This document shows positions 25,618 through 32,828 of a stretch of 53,184 nt of DNA, piece after piece (positions within the stretch are counted from its first letter, which is position 1; every line of letters starts with the position of its first letter). A program made the position numbers and the translations under genes. The stretch is from positions 1 to 53,184 of the forward strand of contig JBBTWV010000012.1 of NCBI GenBank assembly GCA_038062615.1, in the 5' to 3' direction. This DNA comes from Patescibacteria group bacterium (lineage in GTDB: Bacteria > Patescibacteriota > Gracilibacteria > UBA1369 > UM-FILTER-53-11). The notes beneath the pieces were generated by a model. The model did not search any database. It was not told the DNA's origin and worked only from the letters and a program-made list of their open reading frames with translations.

Positions 25618-27186
25618 CTAGCTGGTTTTTCGCAGTACCACCAACGTAATGTCATCCATTTGTGGAGCGGCTCCCATAAACTGCTTCACATCGGCTATCA
25701 GCGCATTTTTGATGGCCACAGCACTGCCAAGCTCACCATTATCGCTCAAGGCACGTTTGAATCTTTGCATGCCATACTGTTCGCCGCGCTCAGAAACCGC
25801 TTCAGGAATACCATCGCTATAGAGGACGATGCAATCGCCGTTGCTAAAAGTGAGTGAGTTTTCTGTAACCATGCGAGAGATATCCGGAACCATTCCCAGC
25901 GCAATTCCTCCACCCTTTTCCATGAGAACCTTGTTGTCCTCAGCGTAGTAGTGGAGCATTTCTGGATGTCCCGCGCTCACATAATCCAACTTGCCTTCAC
26001 GATAGCGGAGCATCAAAAGCGTCATGAACATGTTCTGCGTCGTTTTTTCTTTAAGAACCCGATTGGTGCTTATAAGAATATCGCGCAAGCTTGGCGAGTT
26101 GGCGTAGCTGTAAATAATCGCATTCGCAATAGAGACCACAATGCCCGAAGGAATTCCATGACCCGTAACATCACTAATATAAAAAAGATGCGTCTTAGGG
26201 TCCACCTCAATAAAATCATAACAGTCGCCGCCAATTTCTGTGGCAGGAATAACCACCGCGGAAAGATCCAGGCCCGGAATATCCGGAAGTTTTTTTGGCA
26301 AAATTTCGCGCTGGATGCGCGCGGCAACTTCTAACTCCTTACCCAGTTTTTCTTTTTCGATCATAGCCTTGGTAGAAATCTCCAGCTCCTGCGCCATGGT
26401 ATTGAAAGTATCGGCCAAAACACCAACCTCATCGCGTGCTTTTACCATTACCCGAGCCTTAAAATCACCCTTCGCAAGAACCAGTGCGCCTGCGGTAAGT
26501 TGCTCAATGGGAGTCGTGATACGCTGTGAAAAGTACCAACCAAAACCAAGTCCCAAGAGCACACCGAAGATTAACAAAAAGACGATGCGCTGGGTGGTGT
26601 GAATCACACGCGCTCGCAGATTGTCATACGTCATAGAAAAAATAACGGCGTATTTTGAGCCCAAAGGATAAACGATATTTTGGATCTCATCCGTGTCAGA
26701 AATAGACGCCGTATCTTTTTCGTTTTCGTTCACGCTGGCGTAATTTCCTTCGCTATCCTTTTTGAGATAAACCGTGCGGCCGCTTTTAAGCAAATAGCTT
26801 GGCAAGTTGGCACGGATTCGCGCCGTAAGATCGCCGTCTTCAACTCGGCGTATTGGGCCTTCATAAGCCCTTTCCCGCTCCCCGAGCGAGTTATACAAAA
26901 CGTCTCCGGAAAATGAGGTCATTTTAATTTCAGCGACGTCTTCATTTTTTTGGAACACATCTTTCATTTCACGATTAAAGAGCACAAAACTTTTTTCTGC
27001 CAAAAGAGATTCATAAAGATCCACCACTTTGGGGCTCACCAGCTCGCTGGTGGCGCGTGCCTTGGTATAAATATCAGCGCGAAGTTCCCGCTCTTTTTCT
27101 CCAACCAGCAAAAGCGCGGTAATAGAAAAAAGGAAAATAAGCAGGAGGCTCACCGAGAGAATGAGTTTTGTTTTTATGGAATGCAT
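25618..27186 (-). CDS. Membrane sensor PP2C phosphatase (extracytoplasmic domain-HAMP-SpoIIE)
   Basis: Two TM spans flank a ~170-aa domain. HAMP TTPIEQLTAGALVLAKGDF..DEVGVLADTFNTMAQEL. SpoIIE/PP2C GGDCYDF, DVTGHGIPSG, DDITLVVL. Confidence 0.85.
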   Translation of the reverse strand: MHSIKTKLILSVSLLLIFLFSITALLLVGEKERELRADIYTKARATSELVSPKVVDLYESLLAEKSFVLFNREMKDVFQKNEDVAEIKMTSFSGDVLYNSLGERERAYEGPIRRVEDGDLTARIRANLPSYLLKSGRTVYLKKDSEGNYASVNENEKDTASISDTDEIQNIVYPLGSKYAVIFSMTYDNLRARVIHTTQRIVFLLIFGVLLGLGFGWYFSQRITTPIEQLTAGALVLAKGDFKARVMVKARDEVGVLADTFNTMAQELEISTKAMIEKEKLGKELEVAARIQREILPKKLPDIPGLDLSAVVIPATEIGGDCYDFIEVDPKTHLFYISDVTGHGIPSGIVVSIANAIIYSYANSPSLRDILISTNRVLKEKTTQNMFMTLLMLRYREGKLDYVSAGHPEMLHYYAEDNKVLMEKGGGIALGMVPDISRMVTENSLTFSNGDCIVLYSDGIPEAVSERGEQYGMQRFKRALSDNGELGSAVAIKNALIADVKQFMGAAPQMDDITLVVLRKTS

Positions 27187-27209
27187 GATTTTTTATTCCT
27201 ACTATTTTA

Positions 27210-28757
27210 TCACAATTTGGCTTCCTGAGCCAGTACATAACCATCTACCCGCGGTTTCCAGTTGAGATCAGTGGAAACGCCATAAAGCAGTTCGGGTGCA
27301 AAAAGCGGCACGCCAATAACATCATCCACGGTGATTTTATGCATGGCCTGGCGAAGTTTTTCTAAACGGCGATTTTGCTCGGTGGTGGTTTGGCTGATTT
27401 CTATGAGGCGATCCACTTCCGCATTGCGATAATTCCCGCCATTAAATTGTCCAAAATTTTGCCCTGGACTGTGTGCCACGGCAGTGAGGAAATCACCGCT
27501 ATCACCCAAATCCGTCCGCCATCCAAAAAAGTAAAATTCCGACTGACGCTTGGTGATTTTTTGGCTTAAGGCAGAAGCATCCAAAAACTGAAGCGTTACA
27601 TCAATGCCTACTTTCTGGAGTTGATTTTTGACACTCGCGCCAAAAACCTCAAGACCCTTTGGTAGATCCAGCGTGGTGGAAATTCGTGAAAAATTTTCCA
27701 CTTCTTTTACTAACGTCTGTGCCGCTACAATGTCCGGCGAGATGGTAGAAATAGAAGGGTCAAAGCCAAAAATTCCGCTTCCCACAAACTGATTCACCGG
27801 CACCGCAAATCCTTGCGTAAGCTTAGAAAGCTCCGCCGCATTAAGCGCTAAGGCCACCGCACGTCGTAATGATTTGGACTTAAAAGTTTTATCAAAATGA
27901 AACATCAAAAAATTCACCTCCAAACTTGGGAGCGCCTTTAAATCAAAATCAGCAAAATGAAAATTCTTAGCGGTATCCGGCGGAACATTGACGAGAATAT
28001 CAACGCTCTTATTTTGAAGCGCGGCGATTTTTTCTTCTTTTGACCGGAACGTTTGAATGGTCACGTTTTGAAATGCGGGTGCAGATCCCCAATAGCCTTC
28101 AAATCGTTTGAGGGAGAGGAAATTTTTATCTTCATTCTGCTTTATATAAGGGCCGGTTCCGAGAGGCTCGTTTGATTGCTTATCCTCGCTGAGGCTCGGC
28201 CTACTCTTAAAAACCAAAATCGAAGAAAGTTTTTGAAGCAACAGCGGATCAGGTGCACTCGTAATCACATGAAAAATCTGCTCATCTATTTTTTGGACGC
28301 CTTCAATATTTTGCACAAGATCTTTTACACTCGACGCGGGATTTTCTTTTGCCTGTTGTAAGGAAGAAAGCACATCATCCACGGCAAGCGTGGTTCCATC
28401 ATGAAAGCGCACCGCCGGACGCAGACGAAATTCCCAAGTGAAGTCATCTAAAGAACCATAAGAAACTGCCAGCGCCGGCTCAATTTGCAAATTGGCATTC
28501 ACCCGCACAAGCGGCTCGTACATATGCAAAAGTCGTGCGCGAGAATCAATATCATTGGCAAGCGGACTCAAACTTATACCAGGGCCCGATAAGCCAATAA
28601 CGAGTGTTTGTTGCGAAGTCTGGTGGAATTTTTGAAATATCCAAGAAGCAGCACCATCAAATGATTTTTCAAAAAAAAGCTTGCCCGAAACCGCCAGCAA
28701 AATTAAAAAATACAAGCTGAATAGTACAATTTTAGTGAAACGGTGCAAGGCAATCAT
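27210..28757 (-). CDS. ABC transporter substrate-binding protein, family 5 (peptide/nickel type)
   Basis: Start set at MIALHRFTKIVLFSLYFLILLAV. The upstream part of the ORF translates repeat DNA (DCFALLAMT). It is SBP_bac_5-like along its length and carries a GCR core at 28182-28202. Confidence 0.65.
   Translation of the reverse strand: MIALHRFTKIVLFSLYFLILLAVSGKLFFEKSFDGAASWIFQKFHQTSQQTLVIGLSGPGISLSPLANDIDSRARLLHMYEPLVRVNANLQIEPALAVSYGSLDDFTWEFRLRPAVRFHDGTTLAVDDVLSSLQQAKENPASSVKDLVQNIEGVQKIDEQIFHVITSAPDPLLLQKLSSILVFKSRPSLSEDKQSNEPLGTGPYIKQNEDKNFLSLKRFEGYWGSAPAFQNVTIQTFRSKEEKIAALQNKSVDILVNVPPDTAKNFHFADFDLKALPSLEVNFLMFHFDKTFKSKSLRRAVALALNAAELSKLTQGFAVPVNQFVGSGIFGFDPSISTISPDIVAAQTLVKEVENFSRISTTLDLPKGLEVFGASVKNQLQKVGIDVTLQFLDASALSQKITKRQSEFYFFGWRTDLGDSGDFLTAVAHSPGQNFGQFNGGNYRNAEVDRLIEISQTTTEQNRRLEKLRQAMHKITVDDVIGVPLFAPELLYGVSTDLNWKPRVDGYVLAQEAKL
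28182..28202 (-). repeat. GCR core copy in frame inside the SBP gene
   Basis: The plus strand reads ATCCTCGCTGAGGCTCGGCCT. The gene translates it as SRPSLSED. Confidence 0.75.
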
Positions 28758-28808
28758 TCGTTTAAGTATATCACTTAACGGACTCATTGAACAGATATGC
28801 ACACCCAA

Positions 28809-28835
28809 CGTCATTGCGAGCAAAGCGAAGCAATC
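28809..28835 (-). repeat. LAMT hairpin element, copy C
   Basis: GTCATTGCGAGCAAAGCGAAGCAATCT is the left arm of the composite palindrome 28809-29050. Confidence 0.8.
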
Positions 28836-28856
28836 TGCAGACCTGGAACTAGGGAA

Positions 28857-29010
28857 CCTCTGAAAAACATCTTTCCTGCTGCACTTTACAAATTTCTGCT
28901 GCAAATTTTTCACAGCTCGTCACCGTATCTTATCTGATACGGTTTCCTCGCTGTCCAAAATTTTCGCTATAAATTTGTAAAGTTCGCTACGAAAATCTGT
29001 TTTTCAGAGG
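28857..29010. repeat. Long-hairpin (LH) element, copy 3 (reverse relative to copy 1)
   Basis: Outer arms CCTCTGAAAAACA/TGTTTTTCAGAGG. Inner arms CTTTACAAATTT/AAATTTGTAAAG. Apex CCGTATC-TTATCT-GATACGG. The reverse complement shares CTGAAAAACAGATT, AGCGAAAA and CGTATCAG with copy 1. Confidence 0.8.
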
Positions 29011-29016
29011 TTCCCT

Positions 29017-29050
29017 AGATTGCTTCGGTCCTTTGGGCCTCGCAATGACA
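29017..29050 (+). repeat. LAMT hairpin element, copy D
   Basis: AGATTGCTTCGGTCCTTTGGGCCTCGCAATGACA is the right arm of the composite palindrome. Confidence 0.8.
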
Positions 29051-29398
29051 AATTCAAACCTGCCTTTCTTTGGCGTATTTTGCGGCACTAAGGCCGCTGA
29101 AAAATGCCAGAAGGCAGTCACTGTCAACAGCTCGAGGTAGAATTCCAGCCCGAGCAGGAGTCCCAGCCGTAGACAAACGGCCACAACAATTAGGAAAACA
29201 GAGTCAAAAATTTGGACAATGTAAGAGGGAGCCTACCGTACGGAAGCAGACAATTTCTGTCGGACGGCTATGGCTCCCTCTTCTTCAAATGGGTGTTCTG
29301 GGCCCGCAAATGGAGATCACAATGGCGATTTCATTTGAAGCCAAATGGGCGGCACGGCCTTTTACCCAGCCGCAAAATTTCTATGCACCATTTTATTC
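29051..29398. other. Helix-rich non-coding stretch (candidate structured RNA or stack of palindromic elements)
   Basis: Perfect local helices: GCGGC/GCCGC (29082-29097), TGCC/GGCA, GCTCG/CGAGC (29130-29155), GCCGT/ACGGC (29166-29181), 10-bp AGAGGGAGCC/GGCTCCCTCT (29224-29281), 9-bp CTTCAAATG/CATTTGAAG (29283-29339). No convincing ORF. Confidence 0.35.
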
Positions 29399-30424
29399 TT
29401 ATGGCGGCGCAAAACTGCGGTACTTACTGACAAGCCTATCAATTACATAGGTCGCTGCATTCTCATCCGCCTTCTGCCTAATACTCCACTCGCTCGCTGG
29501 CAAATTTTCATTCTCAATAAGCCCTAAATGAGCAAGGCGTTCGTGGCTTTTGCAAAGGGGTTCAAGACGATTTGGATCGTGGATTTTTTCAAGTGCAAAG
29601 CGCTGGGTATGATGAAGGATTTGGTATGGTTTTTTACAGCCGGGGAAAGCGCAAGTGCCATTTGTTTTTGCCAAAACATGACGTTGAATTTCTATGGGAA
29701 TATGACGCGCTGAGGTTTGTACGGGCTCCGGTTTTTGTGCTTGAAGTTGGGCTGAGCGAATTTTTAAAAGTTCCTGCATAAGTTCGTTCCAATCTCCGCT
29801 ACCTTTTAATTTTTGAAGCTGGTTGGCAATCTGTGGATCAAGTTGCATGATGAGGGTGATTTTTTGGGGAAAAAGAAGCTGACTCGCGGCGAGGGAATCA
29901 AAATCGTGGATGGCTTGCTGATGCGTATTTTTGGCATTATTTCCCGTACTAGTACGGGAAACCTCCTGCGGCCACGCTTCACTTGTCCTGGCTTCAGCAT
30001 TGTTTGTGTTTTCGATATTGGGAAGCTCATGCGAAGAAATTTCAAATTTTCGTAACTCCTTCACATAAACTTCAAGCGTATTTTTGCTCATTTCCATAGC
30101 TTTCTCTGCCCAAAATTTGGCCGTCTCGCTTGTGGCAATGGAAGCAACCGGACGAACGGCATTGATGCCCTTCGTCTCAACCACTTTTTGAAGTTCAAGC
30201 TTGTCTTCAATTTTTCTTAAAATTCTCAGTGCATCATCAACCGTATTCCGGCTCATGCCAGCCAATTTTGCCGCGTACTCATAAATACTTCCAAAGCCTT
30301 TTTGCTTCCAAATGCGACAGTGCTCAATCTTTGGCAAAAGGAGGACGCATTTTCGCATCCATTCTTTGGCATTTTGGCCGTAATGGCGGAATTTTTGGTG
30401 AAGAATTTTGTGCTCAGGTTTCAT
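29399..30424 (-). CDS. HNH endonuclease domain protein with N-terminal HTH-like region
   Basis: C-terminal CAFPGCKKPYQILHHTQRFALEKIHDPNRLEPLCKSHERLAH is an HNH with Cys/His ligands. The start is either at 30424 (MKPEHK) or at 30493. Confidence 0.75.
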   Translation of the reverse strand: MKPEHKILHQKFRHYGQNAKEWMRKCVLLLPKIEHCRIWKQKGFGSIYEYAAKLAGMSRNTVDDALRILRKIEDKLELQKVVETKGINAVRPVASIATSETAKFWAEKAMEMSKNTLEVYVKELRKFEISSHELPNIENTNNAEARTSEAWPQEVSRTSTGNNAKNTHQQAIHDFDSLAASQLLFPQKITLIMQLDPQIANQLQKLKGSGDWNELMQELLKIRSAQLQAQKPEPVQTSARHIPIEIQRHVLAKTNGTCAFPGCKKPYQILHHTQRFALEKIHDPNRLEPLCKSHERLAHLGLIENENLPASEWSIRQKADENAATYVIDRLVSKYRSFAPP

Positions 30425-30517
30425 AATTTTGATAATTTTTAAACGTAAATAATATTGGAATTCTGGCCCAAAACTTTTCAAAAATCTAACCAAAATTACA
30501 AAAATAACATGACAAAT

Positions 30518-30545
30518 TGTTATATGGGTATACGCTCATATAACA
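30518..30545. promoter_or_regulatory. 9-bp inverted repeat TGTTATATG-N10-CATATAACA upstream of the HNH gene
   Basis: Read directly from the sequence. It sits in the AT-rich divergent intergenic region. Confidence 0.3.
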
Positions 30546-30876
30546 TAACTGAATACAATGCGCCTAAGCACTTTGGTATTAAGGATTATGCGAAATTAAA
30601 GAGCGCGGACGTGCGAGGTCATGATGGAATGATTGGGGAGTTTGTTTGTTTTTTATGGCAAAAAGAGGATGCGGCTCAAAGCAAAAAAGCGACACGGAAT
30701 TCGGTTTGAAAATGTACGAGGCAAAAGCTACAATGTTTGCAAAATTAGATTTACTACCACGAAAAATACTCACTACTTAATTCTCATTTCAGGGGACATT
30801 TTGGGATTGAAAAATACTGCCGACAGCACCTCTGCTTTGTCAACAATATGGTTATTATACGTTTTTTGATATTAAC

Positions 30877-30904
30877 TTGACAGACGCGCTAAAAAGCGTA
30901 TAGT
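30877..30904 (+). promoter_or_regulatory. Promoter TTGACA-16-TATAGT
   Basis: -35 at 30877-30882. -10 at 30899-30904. It lies 30 nt upstream of the ATG at 30935. Confidence 0.5.
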
Positions 30905-30934
30905 ACGAACTTAAATTATTATCCATTTTATTTT

Positions 30935-32644
30935 ATGACATCACATGCAGATACTGGGAAAAAAGCCCCCCCGGAAGTGACGGTGGCACCGAGAGTAACT
31001 CCAGCGGTTAGGCAGGCAGCTATAGAGGTGCTTTCATTAACTAAAAAAGAATTAGCGAAACCTGGTGTTTTAGAGCATGAAAAAAGCGTATTAAACGAAA
31101 ATGTGGCACAAACTGTGGCCTTAATAGAAAGACTCATGGCTGCAGCAGGAGTTAGGGTAACCTTCCGTCAAGGAGAAGATCCAAGTGCAGTTGTTGTAAA
31201 TGTAGGCCTCGCCGGCAAGGAGCCCGCAATTGCTGGTACCGTTGCCGAGCCAGCCGCTACCGTGCCAGCCGCGACAGCACCCGCCGTGCCATCAGCCGCA
31301 ACCGCCGCGGCCGTGCCAGCCGTGGTAACATTGCCCGACCCTTCACCTGTACTGAGATCAGAAGAACCTACAGTCCCAACGGTGTCCCCCAAACAACCGG
31401 CCGTGCCGGCGATCACGCACACCACCCCGGCCCCGGAGGCAGTCCTGCCCGATAACGCCGCTCCGACGTCGTACTTGGCGCCGGGAGGTAACATGGGGGA
31501 GCTCTCGTGGGATGCCCTCGTGAGGGGATCTGAAAGGCCGCCCGAAATGGCGGCGGTATTGAGGGCCGCCGGGGTATCCGGTTTCGACATCTCAAGCGTG
31601 GAGTTGCCAGTCGTCGAGGACGAGCCCATGGCTACGGAGGTCGCCGCCGCTCAGTTCCCGCTCACCTCTGCCGTCGTAACCCCGCCAACCGTCGCCACGA
31701 CACCGTTCACCTCCCCCGCCGCACCGGTCGCGACCCAACAAGTTGCCCCAACACCCGCGTGGTTGCTCGATACGAGTTATCCAGATGATTTATTAACAAA
31801 TACACCACCTATTGCCGCGCCGGTGAGCGCGACCCACACACCACCCGTCGCCGTCCCCGCGGTGCCATTCCCACTCCAAGCCGCACTGGCGAACGTAAGC
31901 GCGACTGCGAACATCCCGCAAGCCCCACCGGCCCCGGAGCTGGATGATGAGCCTGAGGCGCTTGCAAAACCCCTGGCCCCGATCGCAGAGCCCGCCGCCA
32001 CCCAGCCGACGGCGTTCGCCCAACCCCCGTCGTTCCAATCGGCGGCATTTCCAGTCACAGCCGCTCCGGTGAGCGCGGCCCAAACCCCTCGCTTCCCTAC
32101 ACCGTCTGCCCCGCCAACGGCGTTCGCCCCGCCGCCCCGCAATGTAACGCCATCCACCGCGCCAGTAGCAACAGAAGAAAATGCTGAGGAAGATGATCTT
32201 CGTGGCTTAAGAGGCACATCATTTTTGACGGGAAGAAGAATACTCGGAATCGCGGCGCTTATTGGAGGCTTAGCTTTGGCAGCAGTCGCGCTACGCCACT
32301 ATACGGATGATGAGACGAAGGCGGAGAATAGCACAACAACTCCAGCGGACACCCAGCCGCAACAAGCGCAAGGCGCCGGGCAGAACGCTGCCGCGCCAGC
32401 GGCCCCCAAGCTACAGCAGTCCGACAGCATCATAGGCACCGGCTGCAAGCAGTCGGAGGCCTCCTCGGAGATCTGGACAGTCTGGTGTGACAGCGTAAGT
32501 GTCGCCGTCCGGGAAATCCTGGCGGATCGGACGGGTAGGCTGGAAGTGACGCAAGGCGGCGTCACCTATAAGGCAGAAGTTAAGTTGCCTGGAGAGCTCG
32601 CGCCCATCGGCGACAATGGCAAGATCGTCTTCAAGAAGGAGTAG
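30935..32644 (+). CDS. Pro/Ala-rich single-pass membrane protein (569 aa)
   Basis: About 370 aa of low-complexity P/A/T/V sequence, then one TM span (ILGIAALIGGLALAAVAL), then a ~100-aa C-terminal domain. The GC-rich core contrasts with AT-rich flanks. Confidence 0.6.
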   Translation: MTSHADTGKKAPPEVTVAPRVTPAVRQAAIEVLSLTKKELAKPGVLEHEKSVLNENVAQTVALIERLMAAAGVRVTFRQGEDPSAVVVNVGLAGKEPAIAGTVAEPAATVPAATAPAVPSAATAAAVPAVVTLPDPSPVLRSEEPTVPTVSPKQPAVPAITHTTPAPEAVLPDNAAPTSYLAPGGNMGELSWDALVRGSERPPEMAAVLRAAGVSGFDISSVELPVVEDEPMATEVAAAQFPLTSAVVTPPTVATTPFTSPAAPVATQQVAPTPAWLLDTSYPDDLLTNTPPIAAPVSATHTPPVAVPAVPFPLQAALANVSATANIPQAPPAPELDDEPEALAKPLAPIAEPAATQPTAFAQPPSFQSAAFPVTAAPVSAAQTPRFPTPSAPPTAFAPPPRNVTPSTAPVATEENAEEDDLRGLRGTSFLTGRRILGIAALIGGLALAAVALRHYTDDETKAENSTTTPADTQPQQAQGAGQNAAAPAAPKLQQSDSIIGTGCKQSEASSEIWTVWCDSVSVAVREILADRTGRLEVTQGGVTYKAEVKLPGELAPIGDNGKIVFKKE

Positions 32645-32672
32645 CAAAGTGGATGCTTGTTGCATCAAGTGT

Positions 32673-32705
32673 AGAGGAGGTCTAAAAAAGCTTATGACCT
32701 CCTCT
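32673..32705 (+). terminator. Terminator-like 10-bp hairpin
   Basis: AGAGGAGGTC-N13-GACCTCCTCT. A T8 run follows, but only 12 nt downstream (32718-32725), so it is not canonical. Confidence 0.35.
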
Positions 32706-32724
32706 TCCCCTTATCTGTTTTTTT

Positions 32725-32733
32725 TGGTATAAT
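32725..32733 (+). promoter_or_regulatory. Extended -10 (TGgTATAAT) for the 961-aa gene
   Basis: The implied ~90-nt leader contains LAMT copy E. Confidence 0.45.
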
Positions 32734-32764
32734 TTAACGATAATCTTGCCGAATAAAATGAGCT

Positions 32765-32808
32765 AGATTGCTTCGTCGCCCTACTCTGCCGGGCTTCTCG
32801 CAATGACA
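32765..32808 (+). repeat. LAMT hairpin element, copy E
   Basis: AGATTGCTTCGTCGCCCTACTCTGCCGGGCTTCTCGCAATGACA. Confidence 0.8.
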
Positions 32809-32828
32809 TAACAAAAAAACAAAATTTT

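Noticed and set aside
28758-28913. N-terminal extension of the SBP ORF.
   Set aside because: It translates the LAMT and LH repeat DNA (..SADCFALLAMT..). The true start is most likely at 28757 or 28787.
29101-29190. Cobalamin-riboswitch-like strings (GTCACTGT, GGTAGAATTCC, GCAGGAGTCCCAGCC).
   Set aside because: The order of the motifs is wrong for the B12 element on either strand, and the B12 box is not matched.
29224-29281. Look-alikes of group II intron domain V (GAGCC..CCGTACGG..GGCTC) and of the SRP RNA GGAAGCAG motif.
   Set aside because: The helix is about 48 nt rather than the 34 nt of domain V, and it lacks the expected bulge and GNRA layout. There is no GUGYG 5' end and no RT ORF. 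The SRP-like string is not flanked by a GNRA tetraloop helix.
31168-32217. Antisense ORFs of 146-153 aa inside the Pro/Ala-rich gene.
   Set aside because: High GC suppresses stop codons on the opposite strand. Their products are Gly/Ala/Ser low-complexity mirror images.
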